A DNA stretch of 64,000 nucleotides from Candidatus Cloacimonadota bacterium (GCA_963676615.1 OY781092.1:928001-992000), one strand, 5' to 3'. Shown: positions 10,214 to 20,766, counted from the first letter of the stretch. Translations and numbers: made by a program. Notes: generated by a model not told the origin, from the letters alone.

Positions 10214-11135
10214 GATTCCGAACCAAACTCGGAATGACGGCGGTTCTTGGGGTCAGGTAGCGGCTGGTCTTTTAACTATTCTCTAAATAACTGATAACTG
10301 TCTAACAGTATTCTCAAAAATGGGCTAGGTGACGCGCAAAACATCGTTGCAGAGTCTTTGTCTTACTCTCTTATCAGACGGGCTCTAGCACTTATTTAGT
10401 TTAAGAAAATTAAAAGAGTCTTCATAATCTAACAAGACTAAATAAGTGCTAGACAGAAAAGGACGCCCGCTTCAAATCTGACACCAAAATAGGGGTTTAT
10501 CATTTGCTGCTTTTATTTTGGTGTCAGAGCCCGATGAAGCGGGATGCCACCCCGCTCCCCTGCTCGCTTAAACTGGCGATAGGGCGGAAACCTCCGCTTC
10601 AGAAAAGACTAAAGACACGAACTGTTGCCTTTCAGCCTGCAAAACTAACCAAAGAAAACCAAAATCTTGCGAAAAATACACGGGAACGACCACACTTTAC
10701 TCTTTCTGGTGACTCGGGGCGTCTTTTGGCATTGAAGCGGAGCGGTTTTCTTTTCTCTCCAGCACCTATTTTATCCAAAAAAATTAAAGTATTTTTACAA
10801 TCTGAAAGGACAAAAAAGGTGCTGGTTCACGCTGAAAGCGTCGCGCTTCTCGTCCGTGCAAAGCAAGGAGTGCCTGGATTCCTGCCTGCGCAGGAATGAG
10901 GTGGCTTGAGCGTTGTGGTTTTTCCAAGACGCCAAGGCGTGCTTTAGGCTTCCTGACTTTCTTCCCTCATTCCATCGAAAGAGGGAATCCATCTCTAACA
11001 CCATTCTGAGAAGAGGGCTGGCGATACGCAAAACATCGTCACAGAGTTTTGTCTTGTCAGAGAAGCTCTACCACTTATTTAGTTTAAAAAAATTAAAAGA
11101 GTTTTTATAATCTAACAAGCTAAACAAGTGCTAGA
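10214..11135. repeat. Intergenic mosaic of palindromic repeat modules (locus B)
   Basis: Hairpins at 10214-10238, 10384-10453, 10461-10547, 10593-10741, 10759-10825, 10876-10900, 10966-10990 and 11067-11135; imperfect ~150-bp direct repeat 10300-10456 vs 10993-11137. Confidence 0.88.
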
Positions 11136-11136
11136 C

Positions 11137-11162
11137 AAAAAAAGCCGCCATTACAGGCGGCT
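11137..11162 (-). terminator. Rho-independent terminator after rpoD
   Basis: AGCCGCC-loop-GGCGGCT followed by T-run on minus strand. Confidence 0.8.
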
Positions 11163-11176
11163 CTTGTAAAAAAAAA

Positions 11177-12919
11177 TCACTTAATATTATAATTATCGAT
11201 AAACTTCTGCAAAAAATGAATCCGTGTCGGGTGCCGCAGCTTAATCAGCGCCTTATTCTCAATCTGCCGAATGCGCTCTCTGGTCACATTAAAAATACTG
11301 CCAACCTCCTCCAAAGTCCGATGATAGCCATCGTCGATGCCAAACCGAAGCCGCAAAATCTTCTCTTCTCGGGGAGTCAGCGTCCGCAAAACCTCGTCAA
11401 TCTGCTTCTTGAGCAAAGTCCGCTCAGCCACTCTCTCGGGCGCTATCGTCGTCGAATCTTCGATAAAATCGCTCAAAATCGTATCTTCGCTAGAATCGTT
11501 CCCCACAGGCTTATCCAGCGAAACCGTCTCGGGTGTAAACGACATAATCGTCTTAACCTTCTCTGGCGGCAACTCCAGCTCTGCGGCAACCTCTTTAATA
11601 TAAGGTTTGCGCCCCAACTTCTGCTCCAAACGACGCTGCGTCCGATTCAGCTTATTTATCAGCTCGATCATATGCACAGGAATCCTGATGGTCTTCGCCT
11701 GATCGGCAATCGCACGGCTGATAGACTGCCGAATCCACCAAGTGGCGTAAGTCGAAAATTTATACCCTTTGCGATAATCGTATTTTTCCACCGCGTTCAT
11801 CAAACCGTGATTTCCTTCCTGAATCAAATCCAAAAAGTCCAAACCCTTGTTGTTATAACGCTTTGCGATGCTAATCACCAGCTTCACATTCGCCTCGATC
11901 ATCTTATTTTTGGAAATCTCCTTAATCCGCTCACCCTTGCTGATTTTCTCCAGAATATCCAGCATCTCGCCCGAACGCAACTTCGTCTCCAGCTCCACTC
12001 GCCGCATCTTCCGCCGCGCATTCTTAATCTTCCGCAGCACCTCGATAAACACCTCAGCGTCAACGCCCGTGCTCTTTTCAACCGCCTTATACTCCGCATC
12101 CGACTTCTGCGCCTGCCGACCAAACGAGCAAATCTCGTTCACCGTATAAGTCTTAACTTTGGCAATCTCCCGAATCGTCTGTTTACTCTCGACAATCCGC
12201 TCCGCCAAAGAGTTGATCCGATAAATCGCCCGCGAAACCATCTTTTTGTTAAACTTCATCGTCTCGTAAATCTCGACAATCGTCTGGCGAATTTTGATAA
12301 TCTCCTTATCGATTTTCTTCTGCTCTTTCTCGTCCACATTTTTGTATTTATCCAGCATCACGCCGATTTGCTTAAATTTTTTGTCAATTTTCGAAAGCTT
12401 TTTGGAAAAATCGTCAAAAGTCTCCTCAGTCCGCTCCTTATCCATCCAGCTCTCAAAATCCAGCTTCAAAATCTGCTCCAGCTTAATCCTGCCCTCCGTA
12501 TAGCGAACCTTGAAATTCTGAAACTCCTTGAGGGTGCTACCCGACACAAAAATAAACTTATTTATCTTGTTCTGCCCTTCCTCGATTTTCTTCGAGAGCT
12601 CCACTTCGCCCTGTTTATCCAAAAGCGGAATCTTGCCAATCTCCTTCAAATACATCTTCACCGCATCGTCAAACCGCTCAATCCTGCGCTTTTTCTGGCT
12701 CTCCTTGACCTTCACCTGCTCCTTGGCTTCCTTAATCGAAGTCTCGTCAACAGTCTTGATGCCTTTCGCGGCAAGCTCCTCTATAATCTCGTCGATCGAA
12801 TCGATAATCAAAGGGTCGTTCGGCAGAATTTCGTGCAAATCTTTGTAGGTAATATAGTTCTCATTATACCTTTTGCAACGCCGTAGAATACTATTTATGT
12901 ATTTAGAATATATTTTCAT
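11177..12919 (-). CDS. rpoD: Primary RNA polymerase sigma-70 factor
   Basis: Region 1.2 [41 protein letters not shown] 12919 with GAGGTG RBS. Confidence 0.97.
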   Translation of the reverse strand: MKIYSKYINSILRRCKRYNENYITYKDLHEILPNDPLIIDSIDEIIEELAAKGIKTVDETSIKEAKEQVKVKESQKKRRIERFDDAVKMYLKEIGKIPLLDKQGEVELSKKIEEGQNKINKFIFVSGSTLKEFQNFKVRYTEGRIKLEQILKLDFESWMDKERTEETFDDFSKKLSKIDKKFKQIGVMLDKYKNVDEKEQKKIDKEIIKIRQTIVEIYETMKFNKKMVSRAIYRINSLAERIVESKQTIREIAKVKTYTVNEICSFGRQAQKSDAEYKAVEKSTGVDAEVFIEVLRKIKNARRKMRRVELETKLRSGEMLDILEKISKGERIKEISKNKMIEANVKLVISIAKRYNNKGLDFLDLIQEGNHGLMNAVEKYDYRKGYKFSTYATWWIRQSISRAIADQAKTIRIPVHMIELINKLNRTQRRLEQKLGRKPYIKEVAAELELPPEKVKTIMSFTPETVSLDKPVGNDSSEDTILSDFIEDSTTIAPERVAERTLLKKQIDEVLRTLTPREEKILRLRFGIDDGYHRTLEEVGSIFNVTRERIRQIENKALIKLRHPTRIHFLQKFIDNYNIK

Positions 12920-13017
12920 CACACCTCTTTTTAGCGGATACAACACTCATTTTCTTCAAGTGTCAATATTTAAAACGAAGGATTTTTTGTAAAGATTTTT
13001 TAGAGGAAAAGAAAAAG

Positions 13018-14199
13018 CTACACCGCAATCAAACGATTTTCGCCATTTGATGCAAGCTTCTCAAAAAGCAACTTATTGGTCAGCTTTTCGCGCGGCATCG
13101 CCAAAGTATAGAAACTCTCGTCCCGCTTGTCTGTCTCCAGCTCCACCAAAATGCCAAGCTGCACCAACTGCTCCACAATCCGCATCACCAAAACTTTTTG
13201 CATCCGCAACTTTTTCGACAAAAATTCCAAGCTGGTCTCGCCCTTCAGTTCCTCAAAATTTTTGGTAATCAAGATGATGATTTTGCGTGCCAGCACAAAA
13301 GTTTGCCGAAAACTTATCGCCCGATGCACGCTGCCGCCATAGTAGATATTATAATTTTCCAAAACGAAAAAAAACTCCGCTCCATAAAGAATAATCATCC
13401 AGCTGGTGCGTATCCAAATCAAAAAAAGCGGAATCGCGGCAAAACTACCGTAGATGGCGTTGTAGGACGAAAGCCCAATCTGAAGCCAAAGGTAGAAAAA
13501 TTGCGTGAGCTGATAAAGCGAGCCGGCGATCACACCAGCCACTATCGCGTAACGGATTTTGACCTTTTTGTTGGGCATATACACATACAGAAACGAAAAT
13601 AAAAGCCAGATAATCAGATACGGCGCGATTTTCACTGGGATGCTCAAGGCGGAGTCAAAAATTTTACCGACATAGCTGTGGGCGCTTAGTTTGGTTATCT
13701 GGGCGCTCAAAAAAATGTTCACACCGCTAGAGGCGACAAACAAAACTGGCAAAATCACCATCGCCGAGAGATAATCAGTGAGCATTTTGGTGAAATTTCG
13801 GTTCTTTTTGAGCTGCCAAATATGATTAAACACACTCTCTATCTGCCATAAAATCGAAATCAAACTCCACAAAAGCAGCCCAAGACCGATGCTAATCATC
13901 ACGCCGCTTCTAGTGCGCTCCAACAGATTTTGGGCAAAACTGAAAATTTTTTGCAAGATAACTTCCTGCTGCGGCACTTGGGCGATTATCTGCTTCTGCA
14001 AAATGTCTTTCACGCCGAAACCTTGTGCCACTCCAAAAATGAGCGCCAAAATCGGCACAAAACCCAGCAAAGTGTAGAGCGTGAGCGCCGAGGAATGAGA
14101 CTGGCACCTGTCAAAAACATAGTTGCGCAGCGCCAGCGGAAAAATATTGAGATACCGCCACAGCGGATGCAAGGTGAAATACTGCCTGATTTTCGTCAT
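13018..14199 (-). CDS. YihY/virulence factor BrkB family membrane protein with C-terminal HTH-like extension
   Basis: SALTLYTLLGFVP, FNHIW, YNAIYGSFAAIPLFLIW..SW.IILYGAE. Confidence 0.9.
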   Translation of the reverse strand: MTKIRQYFTLHPLWRYLNIFPLALRNYVFDRCQSHSSALTLYTLLGFVPILALIFGVAQGFGVKDILQKQIIAQVPQQEVILQKIFSFAQNLLERTRSGVMISIGLGLLLWSLISILWQIESVFNHIWQLKKNRNFTKMLTDYLSAMVILPVLFVASSGVNIFLSAQITKLSAHSYVGKIFDSALSIPVKIAPYLIIWLLFSFLYVYMPNKKVKIRYAIVAGVIAGSLYQLTQFFYLWLQIGLSSYNAIYGSFAAIPLFLIWIRTSWMIILYGAEFFFVLENYNIYYGGSVHRAISFRQTFVLARKIIILITKNFEELKGETSLEFLSKKLRMQKVLVMRIVEQLVQLGILVELETDKRDESFYTLAMPREKLTNKLLFEKLASNGENRLIAV

Positions 14200-14218
14200 T
14201 TTTTTTGTAAAAAAGTTG

Positions 14219-15844
14219 CTACTCTGCATACAAATCGACAAACTGGAAGTTTACTCCGTCAAAAAGTCCTCTGTCGCTCATCTTTAGAGCGGGAATCACC
14301 AAAAGCGTGAGAAAAGACAGGCTCATATACGGCGAAAAAAGCTTGCTGCCTGCGTCTGCGCCCAAATTTTCCAGCTTTGCATACGCCGCACTCACCTGCT
14401 CATAAGGCTGATCGCTCATTATTCCGCCAACTGGCAGCGGCAAAACAAACTGGTTTTCGCCATCCACAAAAGCCACACCGCCCTTGTGCTCGACCAAAAG
14501 TTCCAGCGCTCGCAAAATATCGCCATCGTTCGTGCCCACAGCAAGAAGATTGTGGCTATCGTGCGCCACACTGCTGGCAATCGCTCCTTTTTTCAAATTA
14601 AAACCTCTGACAAAACAAAAAGCTGGCTGAGCATCTTTTTTGTAACGATTGAGGCTCACCATCTTCAGCAAATCGCGCTCGACATCGGACACCAGCTTGC
14701 CATCTTCAACCTTCGGCGTCTCCTTTGTCCACTTGGTCAGCACCTGATCTTTGACCATCTCGATCACATTTATCTGTCCATCTTTTGCGGGAATAGCCAA
14801 ATTCGCTGGCGACTGTGCCACAAAATTGTTGATAATCGCAGGGGGCTGATACCGCAAAATCTCCTTGCCTTGCTCATAAACCACCTTGCCGTTTATCACC
14901 GTCCGCAGCGTCTGAAAATATTGCAAATCTTCCATCTCGATGAAGTCGGCAGAATCGCCAACCTGCAGCAGTCCAACCTCCAGACCATAATGCTTTACGG
15001 GATTTACGCACGCCATTTGCAGCACCTTAAAAAGGTCAATCCCGCGCATTATCGCCTTTTGCACCAACAAGTTGATATGCCCTCGCACCAAAATATTCGG
15101 ATGCAAATCGTCGGAGCAAAACATACAATCTTCGTAATATTCGTGAGCAATCGAAATCAAATCGTCAAAATTTTTGACCGCCGCACCTTGACGAATTTGC
15201 ACCTTTATCCCGTAGCCGATTTTTTCGATAGCCTCCTGCGGCGTCACACACTCGTGATCGGTGGTTATTCCCGCTTCGGCATACTTTCTCGCCATCTGCC
15301 CGCGAGCCTCCGGTGCGTGCCCATCGATGAGCTTGCCATACTTTTTCGCCATATCCAGCTTCGCCTGCACCAGCGGCGTCTTGTTCACCACTCCCGGAAA
15401 ATCCATAAACTCGCCCAAATATTTCAGCTCTTTCATCTTCATCAGCTCTTCCAGCGCAGGAGCGTCCAAAATCGCCCCCGAAGAGTCGAACTCGGTGGCT
15501 GGCACGCAAGACGGAATGCTAAAATAAATTTTCAGCGGCGTTTTTTTGCCTTCGCTCATCATATATTTGACAGCCTCAACGCCCTTGACATTGGCAATTT
15601 CGTGACAATCGGAGACAGTGGCGACTGTGCCAAAACGCACCAAAACCCTGCCAAACTCAGCTGGCGTAAGCATCGACGACTCCACATGGATGTGAGAATC
15701 CACAAATCCCGGCAGCAAAAAATTTTCGTAATCTTTGCCTTTTTCCTCTGTAATCGCCACAATTTTGCCGTCTTCCACCTCAATTCTGCCAGGGAAAATC
15801 CGCTTTTTGATAGGATCAACAATGTTTCCGCAAAAAAAATCCAT
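14219..15844 (-). CDS. ade: Adenine deaminase
   Basis: PGFVDSHIHVESSM, HEIANV, DGHAP, TDHEC, SSVAHDSHN. Confidence 0.95.
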   Translation of the reverse strand: MDFFCGNIVDPIKKRIFPGRIEVEDGKIVAITEEKGKDYENFLLPGFVDSHIHVESSMLTPAEFGRVLVRFGTVATVSDCHEIANVKGVEAVKYMMSEGKKTPLKIYFSIPSCVPATEFDSSGAILDAPALEELMKMKELKYLGEFMDFPGVVNKTPLVQAKLDMAKKYGKLIDGHAPEARGQMARKYAEAGITTDHECVTPQEAIEKIGYGIKVQIRQGAAVKNFDDLISIAHEYYEDCMFCSDDLHPNILVRGHINLLVQKAIMRGIDLFKVLQMACVNPVKHYGLEVGLLQVGDSADFIEMEDLQYFQTLRTVINGKVVYEQGKEILRYQPPAIINNFVAQSPANLAIPAKDGQINVIEMVKDQVLTKWTKETPKVEDGKLVSDVERDLLKMVSLNRYKKDAQPAFCFVRGFNLKKGAIASSVAHDSHNLLAVGTNDGDILRALELLVEHKGGVAFVDGENQFVLPLPVGGIMSDQPYEQVSAAYAKLENLGADAGSKLFSPYMSLSFLTLLVIPALKMSDRGLFDGVNFQFVDLYAE

Positions 15845-16083
15845 ATAGCCTCCTTTATTCTCCTAAAAAAAAAATCGCTACGCCACCAAAATCCAGCCAC
15901 AAACCCTTGCAAAACGCAACTACACACAATATTTTTTCTGACTCAAAACTTGTCAAACTTCTTTTTTTTCAGCCACCTGCGCCTTTGGAATTTTCAAAAA
16001 AAACAAAAAAAATTGCGGGCATTTTAAAATACTTGACTCTATCAAGATTGAAGCAAAATTAACGAAAAACAAGGAGATTTTTT

Positions 16084-16641
16084 TTGAACGCACAAGAGAC
16101 GAAAAAGCAAAAAAAGTTTGAAGATTTTTACAATCAAACTTCCAATCTCCTCTACAACTACATCCTCAAGCGAGTCCGCAACACCGAGAAGAGCCTTGAC
16201 ATTTTGCAAAATTCCTACCTGAAGATTTTTCCAGAGTTTGAAAAAATTCAATATCCAAAAAGCTATCTCTATAAAACCGCTTATCACCTTATCATCGACA
16301 ACACGCAAAAGCAAAAAAAGGAGCAGGCGCTGAAGGAAAATCTGCAATTCGACGGGCAGCACCAAGACCGCAACCTCTATCTCCAGCTGCAAATAGAAAA
16401 AGCTCTCTCGCAATTAAAAGAGAAAGACAGGAATATTTTTGAGCTGAAAACTTATCAGGGTTTTTCTTACAAAGAGATTGCAGACCTCAGCGGATTGAGC
16501 GAAAAAGCCGTCGAGAGCGTGCTGACCAGGACTCGCAATTTTTTGCGCAAAGAGCTAAAAAATTTGCGGGAATTTGGCTACCTAAACTCTCTTAGTGATT
16601 ACAGCGAGGCTGAAATTGACAAAGGAGGTCAAGAATTATGA
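16084..16641 (+). CDS. ECF sigma factor
   Basis: Region 2 (DILQNSYLK, SYLYKTAYH) and region 4 (GFSYKEIA); TTG start with AAGGAG RBS. Confidence 0.88.
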   Translation: MNAQETKKQKKFEDFYNQTSNLLYNYILKRVRNTEKSLDILQNSYLKIFPEFEKIQYPKSYLYKTAYHLIIDNTQKQKKEQALKENLQFDGQHQDRNLYLQLQIEKALSQLKEKDRNIFELKTYQGFSYKEIADLSGLSEKAVESVLTRTRNFLRKELKNLREFGYLNSLSDYSEAEIDKGGQEL

Positions 16642-17009
16642 AAAAAGTTTGCCAAAATCTGAACAGATTTTTTGATCAAGAGCTAAAATTAAAAGAGCGG
16701 CGAGAGTTTTTGGATCATTTGCAAAGTTGCCCAGATTGCCAAAAAAAGCTGAAATTTTTGCAAGATTTGGCAAAAATCGGCACAGCAAATCAGGCTCCAA
16801 AGCCTGCTGATGGTTGGCAGTTTGTAGCGAAAAACCTAAATAGTTCTTACGAGTTTGGTCATTTTTGGTGGCAAAAGCTCGCCATCGCCGCGTGCTTTAC
16901 GGTTTTTAGCGTCGTCGGCAGTTTCGGCGGCAACTACTTTTTCGAGGATTACACATCGCCCAACTTAAACAACAATTCTGTCTATTCATATTTGGAGGAA
17001 AATTTATGA
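16638..17009 (+). CDS. Zinc-binding (ZAS/zf-HC2) membrane anti-sigma factor
   Basis: HLQSCPDC motif plus one TM helix; coupled to ECF sigma. Confidence 0.82.
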   Translation: MKKVCQNLNRFFDQELKLKERREFLDHLQSCPDCQKKLKFLQDLAKIGTANQAPKPADGWQFVAKNLNSSYEFGHFWWQKLAIAACFTVFSVVGSFGGNYFFEDYTSPNLNNNSVYSYLEENL

Positions 17010-17377
17010 AAAAATGGATAATTTACGGCGTTTTGCTCTGCTCGGTTGCATTCAATGTGATTTTCATCACCAAAGCCTGCCAATATCGACGAAATTTCCC
17101 GCAGGCAAGACCGCCCAAAATTGAGCCGCAAAAGTGGGACTCTTTTCGAAAGTTTATGGATTGCAAACGAGAGGATATGAGACATTCTTGGCGAAAGTCT
17201 AACAATTCCAAAGACAAAATAATCAACAAAATTTTGGAAGGCAACCTCAGCAGTGCGGAGCTAAAGGTGCTGGAGGATTCTCTGATCAAAATCACAGTCG
17301 ATCGAGAGCGAAAATTTATCGGATATTTAATCGAATATAAAACCCAAGGAAAAGGAAAAAAAAGGAGTAAAAAATGA
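17006..17377 (+). CDS. Membrane-anchored periplasmic helical protein (heavy-metal sensor/ZraP-like)
   Basis: N-terminal TM ending SVAFNV, helical C-terminus; typical ECF cluster position. Confidence 0.55.
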   Translation: MKKWIIYGVLLCSVAFNVIFITKACQYRRNFPQARPPKIEPQKWDSFRKFMDCKREDMRHSWRKSNNSKDKIINKILEGNLSSAELKVLEDSLIKITVDRERKFIGYLIEYKTQGKGKKRSKK

Positions 17378-17820
17378 AAAAGATGACTTTATTTTTAGTG
17401 ATGGCGAGTCTGAGCGTGGCGTGTTTTGCTTTTGGAGCAAAGGGGCACAAAAAGGGCGGCGACGGCTCTTATGGCAGACAAAATTGTGCACCAGGGCAAA
17501 TGTGCGAGCAACGATTTGGCAAAGGACAAAGATTTGACGGCAATTTCAGAATGTTCCAAAATCTGGATCTTACCGACGCCCAAAAAGAGAAAATCCAAGC
17601 TATTCACAAAAAAAATCGCGACCAAATTTTTGAGCTTCGCACCGAAATTCAAAAGGCGAAAATCGACCAAAGAGTTTGCCTGAAAGACAACGATTTTAGC
17701 AAAGCGAAAAAATACGCCAGCGACATTAGCAAAGCCGAGAGCAAAATAGAGCAAAAGCGAATCGATATGATGGAAGACTGCTACAATGTGCTGACCAAAG
17801 AGCAAAAATCGAAACTGTAA
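17374..17820 (+). CDS. Spy/CpxP family periplasmic chaperone
   Basis: Signal peptide; LDLTDAQKEKI and VLTKEQK LTxxQ motifs. Confidence 0.85.
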   Translation: MKKMTLFLVMASLSVACFAFGAKGHKKGGDGSYGRQNCAPGQMCEQRFGKGQRFDGNFRMFQNLDLTDAQKEKIQAIHKKNRDQIFELRTEIQKAKIDQRVCLKDNDFSKAKKYASDISKAESKIEQKRIDMMEDCYNVLTKEQKSKL

Positions 17821-17838
17821 TTTTTTTTACAATAACGC

Positions 17839-17879
17839 AAAAAGAGCCACTCTCAACTAAAGAAAGTGGCTCTTTTTTT
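17839..17879. terminator. Bidirectional terminator between convergent genes
   Basis: A-run AGAGCCACT...AGTGGCTCT T-run. Confidence 0.8.
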
Positions 17880-17887
17880 GACTTAAT

Positions 17888-18553
17888 TCAAATTACGAAA
17901 CTAACAAAACGATGATTTTTCATATCAAACTGCAAAATTTTGCCTAAAAGTTTTGGCTTCCCTTGCAAAACGCAAATCACCTCATCGCCAGCAAGCGCGC
18001 CAGCCAGCATCACCGTCTGCGGAGCAATCGCAATTTTTTGAACGCTATTTTCTCCTGTAGCCAACAAACTCGTCAACTCAACCGTGCGACCTTTTTGCAA
18101 AGTAATCAGCTGCCCTTGGTAGCCCTGCACACCGCAATGAAGCAAATATTTTTGCTCTGGCAACTTCGCCCAAAGATTTCGCCTTGTGGCAAAATTGTCC
18201 AAACAATCCACGAACAAATCAGCGCTCGGCAGTTTTTTCATAAGGTTGATGTTTTGGCAAAAAGTCTGCACCTGACAGTTCGGATTTATCTTCAAAATTT
18301 TTTCTTTCGCCGCCTGCACCTTCGTTTTACCCAAATCCTCTTGCGTATAAAGCAGCTGTCTGCCCAAATCTGGCAAATCCAGCCTCTTTTGGTCAACAAG
18401 CGCTATTTTGCCAACTCCCGCTCTCACCAGCACTTGCGCCACTGCCGCTCCAAGACCTCCAACACCCAGTAGCACCACTTTCGCTTGCGCCAGCTTCGCC
18501 TGATTTTCCTCTCCCCAAAGTAGCTGCGAACGGTCAAAAATCGTCTGCGCCAA
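17888..18553 (-). CDS. HesA/MoeB/ThiF family E1-like adenylyltransferase
   Basis: GVGGLG nucleotide-binding loop, DLGRQLL, DCLDNFATR; lacks the usual CxxC zinc motifs. Confidence 0.9.
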   Translation of the reverse strand: MAQTIFDRSQLLWGEENQAKLAQAKVVLLGVGGLGAAVAQVLVRAGVGKIALVDQKRLDLPDLGRQLLYTQEDLGKTKVQAAKEKILKINPNCQVQTFCQNINLMKKLPSADLFVDCLDNFATRRNLWAKLPEQKYLLHCGVQGYQGQLITLQKGRTVELTSLLATGENSVQKIAIAPQTVMLAGALAGDEVICVLQGKPKLLGKILQFDMKNHRFVSFVI

Positions 18554-18556
18554 CGC

Positions 18557-18841
18557 CTAACCTCCGCCGACAATCGTGGTGATTTTCAAAAGAGCGCCAT
18601 CACACAAAACCGTCTGTGGAGTCGCTGGCTTTAGCTCATCATCTTGCCCCACAAAAGCCAACACTCCTGGCTTAAAACCACTTTGCTCTGGCTTCATTAT
18701 CTTCGAAACCACCGCTTTATTTTCCTGCTTCTCCAGCTTCTCAAGCGCTTGCAGCACAGTAAGTTGACCATCTCCGACAATCTCCGCCTTTTGGATACCA
18801 GTGGACGAGGCTATCGTCATCAAAAACTCCACTCTAATCAT
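18557..18841 (-). CDS. MoaD/ThiS-like ubiquitin-fold protein
   Basis: 94 aa, C-terminal IVGGG, beta-grasp pattern; directly upstream of ThiF-family gene. Confidence 0.82.
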   Translation of the reverse strand: MIRVEFLMTIASSTGIQKAEIVGDGQLTVLQALEKLEKQENKAVVSKIMKPEQSGFKPGVLAFVGQDDELKPATPQTVLCDGALLKITTIVGGG

Positions 18842-18868
18842 TTTTTTCGCTCCCTCTATAAAATATCC

Positions 18869-20650
18869 CTACACCATCTCCAGCATCTGCGAGCTCATCT
18901 TAACGAACTCCTGCAGTTTTTTTGGCGTGAAATTATTTTGCTTAATCAAAGCCAAATCGTTCACATAGCGGCACAAAAGATTGAGCTTTTCTTTATCTTT
19001 TTTGCCGTTCATTTTGCTCATTTTTTGGATCAAACCGTTATTCAAATTCACCACAAGCTCGTAGCCAGTCATCGGCAAGTTGTCGTCATTTTGCCCGATT
19101 GTGGCGTTCATCTCCATAAATCTGCGCATATGCTCATCGAACACAATCATTGCCGGCACATCTTTCATCTTCAGCGCCTGCACCTTCACCTGCACCTTTT
19201 TATCCCCGATTTGCTTTTCAAAAATCTCCTTGATTTTTTCCGACTCGCTCTTGCCCTTTTCGTCCACCTCTTCTGCCCTATCCTTGTCCACCATACTCTC
19301 CGAAATCTGCGCATCCACACGCGTAAAACTCAAGTTGTTATCTGCCATCTCGTATTTTTGAAAAAGATGATTATCCAAAACCTCGTCCGCCAAAACCACT
19401 TTTTTGCCCTCGCTCACTAGCACATCAATATACGGCGAATGCGCGTCAGTCGTGTAATTGACCACCTTTTTCTCATCCGTCTGCTCGGCGATCAGCTCCT
19501 GCAAACTATGCCATTTCTTGTCCGTATCCTGAAAAAGCACAACCTCCTTGCAAGCCTCAAAAAACTTCTCCTGCGTCAACACGCCATACTTCACATATTT
19601 TTGGATGTCTTCCCAGATTTTTTCGTAACCCTTGCGGTCTTTGTTAAACATCCGTTTCAGCTCATCGGCAATTTTTTTCACAATGTAACCCGTAATTTTT
19701 TGCACCTGCTTATCGTGCTGCAAAAAGCTCCGCGACACATTCAGCGGAATATCTGGAATATCGATGCCGCCCTTGAGCAACAGCAAAAACTCTGGCAAAA
19801 GCTCCTTCACATTATCCGCCACAAACACCCGATTGCAAAAAAGCTTCACCATTCCCGTATTGCGCATAGCGTGCTCATCCAACTTCGGAAAATACAAAAT
19901 CCCCTTCAAATTAAACGGATAATCGACATTCAGATGAATCCAAAACAGCGGGTCTTGCCAGTCGCCAAAATACTCCTTGTAAAACTCCTTATACTCTTTG
20001 TCCTTCACATCTTTGGGGTCTTTCTCCCACAACGGCTCTTTTTGGTTAACAACTTTGCCCTCAAACTCGATCGGGAACGGCATAAAAGTGCAATACTTGT
20101 CCAAAATCTCTTTAATTTTATAACTCTCCAGATAATCTTTGCTATCGCTGTTCAAGTGCACAGTGACCGTCGTTCCGACCTCTTTGCGACTGCCCGAACT
20201 CATCTTATACTCCGTCTGACCCTCACACTCCCAAGCCGCAGGCACAGCATCATCCTGATACGAAAGCGAGTCGATGCTCACCTTATCTGCCACCATAAAA
20301 CTCGAATAAAATCCCAAGCCAAAATGCCCGATAATATCCTTGTCCTTATACTTCTCCACAAAATCTTCCGCGCCCGAAAAAGCGATCTGATTGATATACT
20401 TCTTAATTTCCTGCTCGCTCATCCCCACACCGCTGTCAATCACCCGCAGGCACTTGTCCTGCTTATCAATCTCGATCTTCACCCGCAAATCTTTCTTCTT
20501 CGCCTTGGCATCCAAAGTCTCCCTCTTCGACAAAGCGTCTATCGCATTTGCAATCAGCTCCCGCAAAAAAATATCGTGCTCCGAATAGAGCCACTTTTTG
20601 ATAATCGGAAAAATATTTTCCGTATGAATCGACAATTTACCTTTCGCCAT
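18869..20650 (-). CDS. htpG: Molecular chaperone Hsp90
   Basis: IFLRELIANA, DSGVGM, IGHFGLGFYS, PLNVSRS; ATG 20650 with AGGAG RBS. Confidence 0.97.
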   Translation of the reverse strand: MAKGKLSIHTENIFPIIKKWLYSEHDIFLRELIANAIDALSKRETLDAKAKKKDLRVKIEIDKQDKCLRVIDSGVGMSEQEIKKYINQIAFSGAEDFVEKYKDKDIIGHFGLGFYSSFMVADKVSIDSLSYQDDAVPAAWECEGQTEYKMSSGSRKEVGTTVTVHLNSDSKDYLESYKIKEILDKYCTFMPFPIEFEGKVVNQKEPLWEKDPKDVKDKEYKEFYKEYFGDWQDPLFWIHLNVDYPFNLKGILYFPKLDEHAMRNTGMVKLFCNRVFVADNVKELLPEFLLLLKGGIDIPDIPLNVSRSFLQHDKQVQKITGYIVKKIADELKRMFNKDRKGYEKIWEDIQKYVKYGVLTQEKFFEACKEVVLFQDTDKKWHSLQELIAEQTDEKKVVNYTTDAHSPYIDVLVSEGKKVVLADEVLDNHLFQKYEMADNNLSFTRVDAQISESMVDKDRAEEVDEKGKSESEKIKEIFEKQIGDKKVQVKVQALKMKDVPAMIVFDEHMRRFMEMNATIGQNDDNLPMTGYELVVNLNNGLIQKMSKMNGKKDKEKLNLLCRYVNDLALIKQNNFTPKKLQEFVKMSSQMLEMV

Positions 20651-20723
20651 AAATCTCTCCTTTCTTCGATAAAATAATTTCCAAACCAAAATTTTGCAAA
20701 AGAAACAACTGTCAATAAAATTT

Positions 20724-20750
20724 TTGGCACTCACTTGGCTCGACTGCCAA
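20724..20750. promoter_or_regulatory. CIRCE element (HrcA operator) upstream of htpG
   Basis: TTGGCACTC-N9-GACTGCCAA versus consensus TTAGCACTC-N9-GAGTGCTAA. Confidence 0.85.
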
Positions 20751-20766
20751 AACCAAGATTTGTCAC

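Noticed and set aside
10504..11110. Short ORFs in the fusA2-rpoD intergenic region (also 30936-31203 and 56534-56881)
   Set aside because: They run through palindromic repeat modules or antisense/off-frame of real genes, with no clear RBS or recognisable protein features
11216..12886. Long antisense ORFs (also 14486-16027, 19439-20677, 25527-27017, 33026-34534, 36035-37642)
   Set aside because: They mirror well-supported genes on the opposite strand, carry no motifs, and are explained by codon bias
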